Source: Lama guanicoe (Eukaryota). From it: a DNA stretch of 64,000 nucleotides. Position 1 is the stretch's first letter. Each line of letters begins with the position of its first letter. Below are positions 23,901 through 35,900 of this stretch, one piece after another. The notes below the pieces were generated by a model. That model was not told the DNA's origin, searched no databases, and saw only the letters and a list, made by a program, of their open reading frames with translations. The stretch spans positions 2,145,168 through 2,209,167 of the forward strand of contig MU053482.1 of assembly GCA_013239625.1 (NCBI GenBank). The letters are read 5' to 3'. Position numbers and translations under genes: made by a program.

Positions 23901-26900
23901 CGCTCTCACTGTTCTCATCTGGAAAAGTAACAGCAGGAATGCACACTTGCTGAGCCTCTGCCCCACAGCAAGTGTTTTTTGTGCCTCCTCCCCACACCAA
24001 CCCTTCTCATGAGGGATGTACCTTGTCTGGGCTCCAGTGGGACTCTGGCCAGGCACTGCATGGCCTGGGGCCAGGGTCCCTCAGAGCTCAAACAGCAGGT
24101 GCTAATCTATATACAAACCCCTATCCATCCTGTCCTGATATGGAGGAAGCTGAGGGCCCAAGTTGGAGGCTGAGCCAGCAGAGAGGCCTATGGGCCTGGA
24201 ACACAAGGGTCTGGCCTCTAGGAGGCCAAGATTTGAAATGGGAAACAGACCACAGTGCTCGGTAAGTCTGGCCTTTCCTTTTGCCAGAAGCAAATTCCCA
24301 CACCCACCTCCCTATTCAGGGCCTCACAGCCCAAAGCCTGAACTAACCCATCCCAGGGCTTTCTTCCCTCCATGGCCCTCCCCTCCTATGTAGCCAGTTT
24401 TTGGCAAGGCTCTATCCTCCTAGAAAGCAGGAGGACCCCACAATTGGCCCATGGAAGGGTAAACTGAGGCTAGTCCATGTCCCTCCCCAATCCACATGCC
24501 CAAGGGCCCCAGACACCTGAGCCAGCTCAGGCATCCAGACTTACCTCTCAGCGATGATGTCTCAATGCTAGACATAGACAGCTTTTTTAACCTCTTCTTT
24601 CCCCTCTTGGCATTGTAGATGGAGTTAATTCTTTGGACAAGCTGGGTGAGAAAAGCAGGGAGGGTGAGATGACCCTAACACCAACTGCCCCTGCTTCTAG
24701 GAAGGTTGATTTATAGAAGCCATCTGTTCCCCTACTGGGGCAAGCCTTCTGCCCTCCCCACGCCAGGCCCAGGACTGGTCTTCCTGCTGCACTGACCCAG
24801 AGGGCAGACTGGTAGCTCTCTATCTACTTGTCCCCTTAGTGGTCTCCTGCCCAAGACAGGGACATTACACTTAGCTCCCCAGAGGAAGGAACTGTGATCA
24901 AACTAGACAGGATGGGAGCTCCTGGGTCTCAAGAGTCACCGAACCAACTGAGACAAAGAGCTGCCCAGAGGCAATAACAGGAACAAGGATTGGAGCCTTT
25001 CCCCTCTGGGCCACAACCCGGGGCCCTGGCAGGAAGGAGCTAAATTCCCAGTATACCCAAGCATTGTTTGCAGGCTAAAAATACCAACTGGCTAGATCCT
25101 GCTGCTTTGGGCTGGGGATTTGGGCCTGGCTGCCTATGTGTGCAAATCACTGCTGAAAACTCTCAATTCTGAGAGTTATAGAAAGGAAGGCCCATGTTTG
25201 AGTCCTAGGTCCTTCAAAGCCTAGAGATATTTATGTGGATGCAGGGACTTGGAAACACACACTCCAGACTCACCAATGGGGAGCCTCCTAAGTACTGTTT
25301 CCATCCACCCAGCAGCATGGAGCACCCCCCGGGGCCAGGCTAGCCTGTTTTCCCCTAACATCTGCACAGCGTTAATCTCTTAGTGCATCTTTATTGATGA
25401 GAAAACAGGATTAGCCAGATGAAAAAGAAAGGCCAGTGCACGAACTCAAATCTAGTTAAGGAGAATGGAGGAAGCAGGCCCAGATCAGAGAAGGAAGGAA
25501 GGGAGAGAAGAGCCATCCGCCTGCTTGCCTGCCTGCCTGCCTGCCTGCCTGCCTGCCCACCTGCCCAGCCCCAGTGGCTCCATCTGGAGAGGCTACCTTG
25601 GGAATGCGGCGGGCCCGGCGGCTAGACAGCAGCTCGCTCGTGGTGCTGAGGCTGTCTTCGTTGAGGCTGGAGGGTGAAGACGGCAGGCTCAACTGCGCCA
25701 GCAGCAGCATGTCGTCATGGCTGTGCCTCTTGGGTAATCGTGGCAGCCGGTGGCTCTTCCTTTCTGACCAATTCCCACTGCGCAGGGTCTGGCTGCCGGG
25801 CTTCAGGGAGACCTGGCATGGGGGAGGGGACACGGGTGAGCGACTCACCACAGATGCCTTGGCTGGCACCTGCCTGCTGGGGCCTGGACATAGAAGCCAC
25901 AGGCTGGCACCCCTGACTCACCATATTCCACCCTGGCGTTTCCATCTACCAGGGTTTCCTCTTTTAAGACCTCAACTGCTAATCAACAGGCCAGGGCTAG
26001 ATTAGATACTTGCTTCCACAAAGAAAGCTTAAGTATTTCTGCCAGAAAAAAGAAAGCAAAGTCTAAGAAAACTGGGTTGTCATCTGAGTGGAAAAAGAAG
26101 GCCAAGTGAGAATTCTGGGGGTTCCCCCTGAACTCTGAGATGAGGCTTAGACTGTTCATTACTGGGCATGGCTGATGGAGCCAGTCTTCCCCACTCAGCC
26201 CTGGTCCTAAAGGGCTTCTCTAGCAGAAGCCAGAATCTACATGCCAGTCCAGCCCTGCTCACTTCTTCCAGGGAGAACACGGGGCTCTGGGCTCTGACCA
26301 CCAAAGCCCAGTAAGGCAGGCCTCAGAGTGGCTCCCTCACCTACATGGTCCTGGGCTGCCCGCATCCCCGGCCCTTACCTACCTTCGGCCTCCCTCCAAC
26401 TAGACTGACACCCTTCGGCACAGGGCACCTTACTTTCAGCAGATCCTGCACACTGCTAGAAAGGCCACATCCCTGCAAACCTGGCATGCCTTCCGCCTGC
26501 CGTCTGGACCTTGCATTGCCTCTCATCACTCCTCAGCAAGTCCTCCTTCCTCCCTCCCCCAGTTTCCTCTTCCCACCCAATTGGTCTGGAAATACAAATT
26601 CAATGGAAGTTTGTTTGAACAGAGCACATTAAAAGGTAAATCTTTTATAAAAATAATCACATCATTCCAAAGCCAGAAGAAATCAGTTTTATATCCTCTA
26701 GCTGAAGTTATAAAGTATCTAGGTACTCCATTTGTATAGAGAATTAGAGTTGCCTGGGTAGGTCCAAGAAAAGATCTCCAGTCTCCTGCCTCCTGTCCAC
26801 CATGGACAAGGCCAGAATGAGCTAAAATCTGAGAGCCTCCTTTGACTCTTTACCTTTCTTTCATTCTGCCTCTAACAGTCTAACCCTCATAGATTCATTC

Positions 26901-29900
26901 ATTCACCCATTCACCTCATGGGAGCAGCTCCAGGTCTTACAGACACCTGTCTAGTTCTCCAAATCCGGTTCTTGGGCCTATGCCTGGCCCCCAAACGCCA
27001 GTGCTGAGATCAGTTCTGCCAGAGCTGCAGAGCACCAAGGCTCCAGCCCGAGACCTGTCTTCCTGTTTCCCACAGAAGGCAGGGAGGAATAATGATTACA
27101 CAGGAGACTATAGGGGCTCCTGTCTTAGTTTTGCAGCTCAGAGCCCAAGCAGAGAAGGAAAGAGGGTAGGACAGGATTTCCTGAGAGCACTTCTTGACTG
27201 TCCCTGGGGACAGCAAACATGGCAGAAGTCCCTGAGTGCAGCGTTCTCTCCTGACGTCACCTCCTCTGCCAAGCACTAGTGAGGGGAAAAGCCTGCGTGG
27301 AAGCTGGCCCCGCCTCGTGCTGACCACACAGGACCAAGTCGGGGCTGCCGTTACCTGAGCGGGGGGGTGGTTGTACTTCCTGTCCTGAGGACTCCACATC
27401 CTGTGCAAAGAGTCCAAGGAGTTCTCAGACAGTTGCTGGGATTTTCGTCCTGCTCTTCGGCTCTTTAAGTCCACATCCTCATATGGATTCTCCTTGGGCA
27501 GATCTCCTGCAGAGGAGGAGAAGTTAGAGAAGGGAGAGAAGGAGAGAAGGAAACACACAAACACACACACACACACACACACATACACACACAAATAAAC
27601 AAGCTGAATTCCTGTGAACCAAAGAGAGTGGCTTCTCTGCCTAGCCTGTCAGCTCATGAGTCACGCAGCTGCCCGTCTGCAGGGGGGAGGCTACAAACAG
27701 ATCCCGGCTCCAAGTCCAGAAGCTGAACCCCCCCACTCCCACTTCAGCTCAGCCTTGTCTCGTCTCTCCTTTATAAATTCAAGGATTGCACAAGACTGGC
27801 TCAGCCACCCCCGCCTGTGCCCAGCCAGAGGACAAAGCCAACATCAGACGTCTTTCCTTGGCTCCAGTCCCTCTGCTGCAAAAGCCCCAGAGATACACAG
27901 TTCAAGGTAGGAAAGGGTTTCAGAGGTCACACGCCTGTCCCTTCACCGACAGCTCCCTGAGGACCACTTCTGGGGATGGGCACGGAGGGACTCTGAAGAA
28001 CTCCAGGGAGCCAGGCTTTACCAGGCCTCCCTCTCGCCTGCACACTGCTCAACAGCTCTCTCAGGACAGGGCTTTTGTCTGGCCCACTGAGGTGACCCCA
28101 CACCAGAGCAGTGATTAGTAAGTAGTGGGTGCTCACTGTTATTGTTCAATGAACCGGTCTGACTGTCGCGTCACTCCACTTCCTCCACCACGGACCTCAG
28201 CAAGAGAATGGCCATCAGCCCCCTCTTGGAATAAACTCTCCTGCTGTGACGCACGGGAGATGTGAGAGGCCTGAAGGGAGTCTGGGCCAGAGAGGTGGTG
28301 TTGGGGGGTAGTTCTTGCTTCTCTTCTCAGGACTCATTTCTAAAATCCATGGCTATAGGTGCTATATTGGCACGACCAGAAAAATCACAGGAAGTCCAAA
28401 GCATAGTCCCTGCTCTTGAAGTGCTACCCCCTCTCCCAAACCACACGTCCTGCCCCGTTCCCGCCAACACACATCTGGACTTTTCTAAAATACAGTAACA
28501 TCAAAAGCGAGGCCAGTCCTGGCTCAATTGTGCAGCAGAATCACAGCAGTGACAAGATCCGTGGGGACTGTGAGTGAATACAGCCCTCTGCTCTCCTTTC
28601 TCTCGTCTTTCCACAGCCTCCCCTCCATATCAATGCCACTATTTGGGACCCAGGTACAGTGACGAGCATACAGCTTTGCTGGAGGAAGTACACAGGGGAG
28701 AGCAGGATTGAGCCTGGGTGACCACTGGGCCCCACGGATGCCTGCGTGTGCCTCACACCCCCGGGGAGTTCAGATGCCACTTCTCAGGGAACAGGCAGAA
28801 GAAAGAGCCATGGGACTAGACACAGAGGCCACTGGGAGTCTAAGCTTTCCTAGAATAGGACGAAGGAGAAAAAACAATCTCTCTATGCTTTCGGATTTCT
28901 CAATTTCCAAAACCAAGGTCCCCCCACCAATTGTGGTATCTACTTATTACTATCACGAAAAACCACAATGAATTTAGGAAATGCCTTTACAGAGGTGTGG
29001 GGGGAGGGGAGTGGGGCTGTGAGGGGGGATTTTGGTCAGTTAATTAGACTGTCATGGGAGCAATATAAATCTCTGTAAACTTATGAGTCAAAGATGGGTC
29101 AAGAAAGGATTTGGGACTGGATTAAGAGATTCCCAACACCAAGCAGAGTCCCCAGCAATGGAACAGCAGTTTTCCTGTAACACAGTCATGCTATGAAAAT
29201 GACTTGTCTCCATTCCAGAGCCCTGACTAAGCAGAGCTGGCCCAGCAACCCGGCCTCAAGAAGCCAAGAAGCCAAATATGAAACTGGCATCCCCTGCATG
29301 TTTTCTCCAGCCTACCCCACTGTGCGCACTTAGGGAGGAATCAGGATAGACTCTGTATTTCTTGGTCTCTCTCCAACATATATCCTACAGCAGTGCAGCT
29401 GGGGAAGCAAGGATTAGAGAATGCCAGGCAGTCTTCCTGATCCTGTGAGAGGGGACCAGAGCATCACTGTTCACATGGGGGCAGGAAAAACAGGAAGAAC
29501 ACTTATTTTAGGCTCATCAAATCTAAACTGCTTTGGGCTACATGACCAGCCAGAGCCCTTATTGTCATATCCCCCAACCAACAGGATGACCTTGTTTCAA
29601 CTTCTTTAGATCAGAGTTCCTACAAACTACTGACATTTGGGCTGGATAATTCTTGTTGTGGTGGACTGTCCTGTGCATCTGCAGGGTGTTCAGTAGCAAC
29701 CCTGGCCTTGATCCACAAAACAAATGACAGTGGCATCCCCTCAGTGGTAAGAACCAAAAATGTCTCCAGACACTGTCAAATGTCCCCTGAGCAGACGGAC
29801 AAATGGATGACAGGTGGATGAGTGGACAGATGGACAAAGGAAGGAAGGAAAAAAAGGAAAGGAAGAAGAAACTGAAAGGTGGATGGGTGAATGGATGGAC

Positions 29901-32900
29901 AGATGAAACTGAGCCCCACCCAGCCCCATTAAGAGCCACTGTTTTAGATAGATGTTTCTCAGCTTCCTAATAGCTTCTGACTGCCATGTCAATAACTCCC
30001 AAGGCAAACCCTCTTTTCCTCCCTTGTTCACCCCTTCTCTTCTCTCCCTTCTTTCTTTACCCAAAATCAAAGCTTTGAACATTAACAAAAAAATCTAAAG
30101 CTCCGAAAATAGATGGGAGGAGACTGGGGCCCTGGAAAGTAATCAATGAACATCAGTGACAACCTGGAAGCTGAAAACAGTTGGGAACTCCAGGTCCTCA
30201 GACCTAGTATTGCATCTAAAACTAAATTTCAGGAAAGCCTCAAATGCCTGCTCCTCCTGCCTGCCCAGCCCTAACACCAGCCTCTTTCTTCTCCAGCAAC
30301 GTTCAACATCCTCTCTGATATAACCAGGTCACTAATCACTTCTCCAGGAAATGACCACTGGCCCTGGTCCAAGCCCTGCCTCCCCAGCCTTAGCTTGGGC
30401 CCTTCCCAGCCCCAGTTCACCTCTTACTCTTAACTTCCTGGAGCTCTACCCTCTGGAGCTGCCTCACTGAGACACTCCCATGCCAGGCAGTAAGGGTGCC
30501 CAGGGATGGGGATGTGCAGAGACCAAGCAGACCCCAAGTCCTAGAGCCACTAAATGGAACCTGCTGAGAGCAAATTAATCCCACAGCAATGGCTCAGAGC
30601 TAGGAAAGGAGGAGGGCTGGAGAATAGGGCTCAGAACCACTTCTTGGGGAGCAGAGCCACAGCCAGGCTGAAGAAGCAGCAGCTGAGTGGGAAAACCTGG
30701 GGAAGACGTAGCAGAGGCCCAGACGGGAGGCAGGAAGCCTGGCCGACGTCAAGGCTTTAACCTGAACGCCTGCCCACACAGCTTCCCTGAAGGCTGTCCA
30801 CGCTGCCCCTGGAGAGAGAAAAGAGGAGGCCCTCCTCCCTGGAGCCTTGGCCCTGAGCAGCCCCATCTCATCAGGCCCAGCTGTGAAAGCCAGAGGTCTC
30901 GACATTTCCCAGCTTTGCTGATGAGATAACGGATGAGGGCATCGCCAAGAATTTCTGCTTTTGCACTCTTTTAAAGGGGTTGGTCAGAGTTCAAACTTAT
31001 CACATGGACCCTCTTGAAGGAAGAACCCAGCCGCATCTGGCCCCGCTACTCCCCGACACACCTCCTTTGGTCATTAACCACAGGTGCCAAACACCCAACT
31101 CCACAACATACGCGTAACTGGAAGAACCAGTTAGAGAAGGGGTGTGTGTGTAAGTGCACTGGTACTGAGAACTTTTCCAAACAGAATCTTAAGCTTCCCA
31201 GACCACACCCATGGCTAGGGCCCTGGGTCTGCAGCTACCCTCCCCAACTCTCTCCTGCTTTCAATCAGCTGTTTCTCCTGGTTCTCAGCCTCTTCCCCTC
31301 CCTCCCTCAGTGGAGGGAGGGCCAGGGTAAGGGCCCAACTCCCCCAACAACGCACAGTACATCAGATAGGGAAGTCTAGGGGACCAGTGATTACCCAACC
31401 TCCAAGCCCGGACATCATTTCCAACTGCCCGGGTGCTGACCCCTGGACTGCACCTCTGGGCGGCAGCCTCTACGCTGTTAGATGCCTCTGTTCACTACTG
31501 TCCCCCAGCCTGGGGACGAGTGAGAGAAGAAAGCAGAAAGAGCAGAGGCTCAGAAAGCTTTGCAGTAAGGCTGACTGACTCTGTCCCCAGCTCCCACCCC
31601 GCTCAAGTTCCTGGAAACTCTCCCTCAGCCCAAGTGAGCTGATGGGAGTGGGAATCTCTGCAGGAATGCGGCCCAGGCTCCTTGGTCAGGCGCCGAGGCC
31701 ACTCCACATAACTCTCTAACAAGCTGCTTCCTTGGGTGCATTTTTAAGTGTCAGGCTCAGAATGCAAACGATTATAAGGCTTTGTAGCATAGCAGCATCT
31801 TCCAGAGGCAGATGTCAAGTGGGGCAGGCAAGAATTAACAGCCCCAGGACACAGCATGGCAGTAACTGTTTTTGAGCCACCCTATCGCACATTAGCAGGA
31901 TACACCTCGGCCTGCTCTGGAGTATCCCGCCTCCGTTCCCAAGGTGTCATGCCTGGTATGGGCAGGAGGGCAGCATACTCTCAGGGCCCCTCGTTCAAGT
32001 CCGTGGCTCACAGAGAAAACACACTAGTCTCTGCGCCAGCTGGCCCTCAACCTGCAACAGACCAGGAGCTCCAGTCCAATCGGCTGGTCCCCAAGATAAA
32101 GACTTAGTGTGGGTGCTCTCTGCGCCCACCCCCAGCCCCACCATCACACACCCCAAACAAAGCTCTGTCTGTCCCCATGCAAGTGAGGCAGAACTAGAGC
32201 TGGATAATGCAAGCAGCCCCAGAAACGACCTCAATCTCTCAGAGCACAGACTACACCAAGAAGAGGGAGAAGGCTCCTGGGAAGTCAGAGGCACTGGTCA
32301 ATCCCAGACAAAAGTGAAAGTGACATTCAGAGTTCAGCAACAAGGGCCCCCCCACCCCCACAAAAGCCTCTGGGGGGGGGGCAAACTCTTGGGCCTGTCT
32401 CCAGGGAAGGAAAAAGGGCTAAATCAACCAGAATCTGAGAGGAAGAGAGACTCCCCCTTGTATTTCCCTTCGGCCTCCCTAGTCAGATCTAGAAATTCAG
32501 ATGGGGCTGCTATGAGATATAAAGGAGGAAAATGTGCCCAGAGCACGGAACTAACCACAGACACTGAAACCCACCCCGCACCCGACAAGGGCAAAACAAA
32601 ACACCCAGGTGCCCTCCCCTCCTACCCCCTCCCCCTCCTCTCCACATAAAGCTCCAAATATCCAGAGACTAGGTGAACAGCTCAGGAACATGCCCCAGTT
32701 GCAACCTCTCCTCATACCAGCCTTTACCCTCTAGCTTCTAGCTCATCTATCCAAGAAGCATCCAGGTTGCTCCTCTATTTTCTTGTCTCCTCATGCAATA
32801 TCCCAAAGTGGCAGAAAGGCCCCTCTACTGAGTGAGGAGACTGGGGCCTAGACACACTTGCCTCCCTCTTTCTCTTCTCACTTGATCTAAGAAGGTCCAG

Positions 32901-35900
32901 GGAACGGTTCTATGGCCCAGAACAGTGCCTCCAAAATTCTCACCACTCCCCCAAACATCCCCAACCAGAGCCCTGGAATCGTGGGATTCTGGACAGGGAG
33001 CAATGGCTGAAGCGCCCTTCTCTCTTATGTCAGTTCAGCTGAGGCAAGAACACGCCCCGATGTGAAACCCCCGGGCAGCACAGAAGGGCTGCGAAGGCTT
33101 CTCAGAGACGAAAGAGCAGTGAGGACCCAGTGCTGGCAGCGCCTGGCATCCTGAGGAGGGAGAGCTGAAAGCAGAGCCTCCTCTGTCCCCACAGCAGCCA
33201 CACTGGGTGTTCCCCACGGCCCTGGGCAGCAATGACATGTGACAACTGCTCTCAAACTAGAGGACTTAGGAGTGTACATACCCTGCTCAGGGGTACAGAG
33301 GATGATGGGGTTGAGCCCCTGACCCCCATAGCTCTTGATTTCAACTCTGGGTGACCATGCACATGAAGCTTTTTCCCAGGGGTAAGGGAAGAGGCCTTCC
33401 TCCCCAAGCCCTTTTTGTTCTGGGGATCTCATTCCCACAGTCTTCCTGATACGACAGAATTTCAGATGGCTACACTCCAGTCCTGGGAAAGCAGTGCGAA
33501 AGCCTGTGTGGATCCAAGCACTGTTACTGGCTCTGCAAAATGCTGGCACCCCAAGTTGTAAGGAGAAAACTGGGAAACTGATGGCTCAAACCAAATGAAG
33601 GGAGAGAGGACTCAGATAAGGCCCCAGTCTTATTCTGGAGGGTTATCCCCCAGGGCCACTCCTGTCCCTAATGTGTTTACTAAGGCACTTCCCCAGCCTC
33701 AAGGCCCAAGACAGAGACAGAGACAGAGATGAGGGCAGGAATGGTCAAGTGCATGAGTACACAGCTTCTCTTCAGGGACCAGCACTTTACGTGAACAAAA
33801 CTGAAGCCCCCACCGAAGAGAATCAGGCCAGAATTAAAAGCCAAAAATAAACCCAGCCCCACCTAGGCTGTGGTCTCTTCTTTGACCCTCAAGCACAAGT
33901 TTGCCAACACAACATCCTCCCAGCTGCTGGAGGACGAGTCTCCATGGTGGTTTACATTTCTGACCTTCTGAGCAAGAGGAATGCATGGTTCCAGACTACC
34001 TTTTCAAAGATGTTTACAGAGCACACAGCCTTGGAAGACAGAGAAGTGTCTCCCTCCAGGGCAGAGCAGGTCCGTTTCCTGACCAGAATAATGAGGATAA
34101 TGTCTCCTTCTGGGGCCAAGGTTGAGCACGCTTGCTAGCAGCCCCTTGAAAAGTTTGGGGTTTCTGAAGCTTGGGGTTCCTCAGCTGGGATGCAGACCCA
34201 TCATGTCTACCTGGACCTTCCCACACTGCCCCGTGTGAGCATCAAGCTCCTGCTGCCTGCTGTGCCATGAGCAATAAAGTCCTTTGTCTCCATCTTCCGC
34301 CAGCACCTGTGAAGTGGGGCTGGCTAGACGTGCTAGCCTTCAAGCAGAGTGAAATCTCAGATCCTGTCATGGTTCTTGATATCACTCACTTTCAGGGAAG
34401 AGCAGGAGAGATACGTATTAAGGAACAGGCCTTGTGCTAGGTACTCTGATACATATTTTATCTCATTTAATCCTAACAATAATCCTGTGAATTAACACTC
34501 TTATTGTTATTGTTACCATCATAAGATTATCACCATCACTTCATAAGAGAAAAGCGAAAGGCAAAAAAGTTAAGTGATTTGCCTAAGGATACAGAGCTAA
34601 GGGAAGGACACTTTTCGACTCCAAAGCCTTTTGAAAATAAAAGAAAGGGATGATGTAGTTTCCCCCATTTTGTGGTCCCAGAAGCCCTTTGGGTTCTAGT
34701 TCACTCAAGGCCAGGCTTTAATCTCTCAGCTGCTCAGTCTTTGCTGAGCTGCTTCCTCTGATGCCCACTTCCTTGAGGAGTTCCAGAAGCTGGGCTATGT
34801 CTGAAGGGGGACCTGAGGATATCCCTCTGCTTCCTGTTTTCTGCAGCACCCACGATCACCAGCCCGCCATTCTGCCACTGCTTACCCACAATATCTTCAT
34901 AGGCATTCTCTTCTAAAGTGCTTTTGGATCCAAACTTGGGTTGGCTCTCAGTACCATTCTCAGTGGGAGAAGAGGGGTACAGGGACTGGAGACTGGATGC
35001 ATCCTCAAACTCAAAGGATTTTCTGTGGATAACAAGAGTATGAGTCATTCAGGCTGAACTAAACCCCTGCTACCCTGTCAGGGAATCGCCATGGGCAACA
35101 GCAAAGACTGGAGGTCCTCTTCACAAAACCAGCTACAGAGCAGAGAGTCAAGATGGATCCAAACTGACCATCCAAATGAAGAGACAGATGGTCTGAAAGG
35201 CCCCAGCCTGGGTGCCTGCAAATAATACCAGTAACAACCATCACAGCCGAAAAGGATGCTATGTGTCAGGTGCTATGTGGGATGTTCTACCTGTGTCATC
35301 CACTAATCTTCATGCTGCTGCTGCTAGGTATTGCGCCATTTTACCACCGAGGAGCTGGAGGCTCAGGGAGAGGAAGTGACAGAGGCAGACTCACCCATGC
35401 TTTCTGACTCCAGGATCTGAGCCTTTGCCTTGAGCTTCCAAGCCCTGGAGAATATTTTTTTGGAGAAGCATCTGTCATTACCACAGGAACTGAGTGCCTA
35501 ATCTGCCCTTAGAGTCTCACATCACGTCTGCATCCAAGCAAGGGCTCTGGCACTAAGCAGCCACTAAAGGCTCAACACTGGACGGATGATGCCCAGGGCT
35601 TTTTGGGGGTTGGGGAAGCAGCTAGTGGTGGGCGGTTTGCTGAAACAGGAAGGGGTTGAGCCCTTACAACAAATCACAACACTTCTCAGGTGGAACAGGA
35701 GGGCAATTTGCAGCCAGAAGCTACTTCCAAGACCCAGCTTCCCTTCAGCCAGTCACCTACTCCTTTCCATCCCCTCAGTCACCTTCCCCTCTACTAAAGA
35801 ATTTCAAAACCACAGCTGGTTAGCCTCTCAGACACCCTGAGCCCACAGTCCTCTCTCCTCCTCTCCCTCATCAGGGGGGTTTATCCCTCATCTAAGGCTT

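Noticed and set aside
25813..25848. Consensus donor GTG|GTGAGT at 25848
   Set aside because: Only 36 nt from the exon-5 acceptor, too short for a spliceosomal intron.
32107..33549. 180-aa (+) and 174-aa (-) intronic ORFs
   Set aside because: Non-ATG starts, no recognisable domain and no convincing in-phase splice sites.
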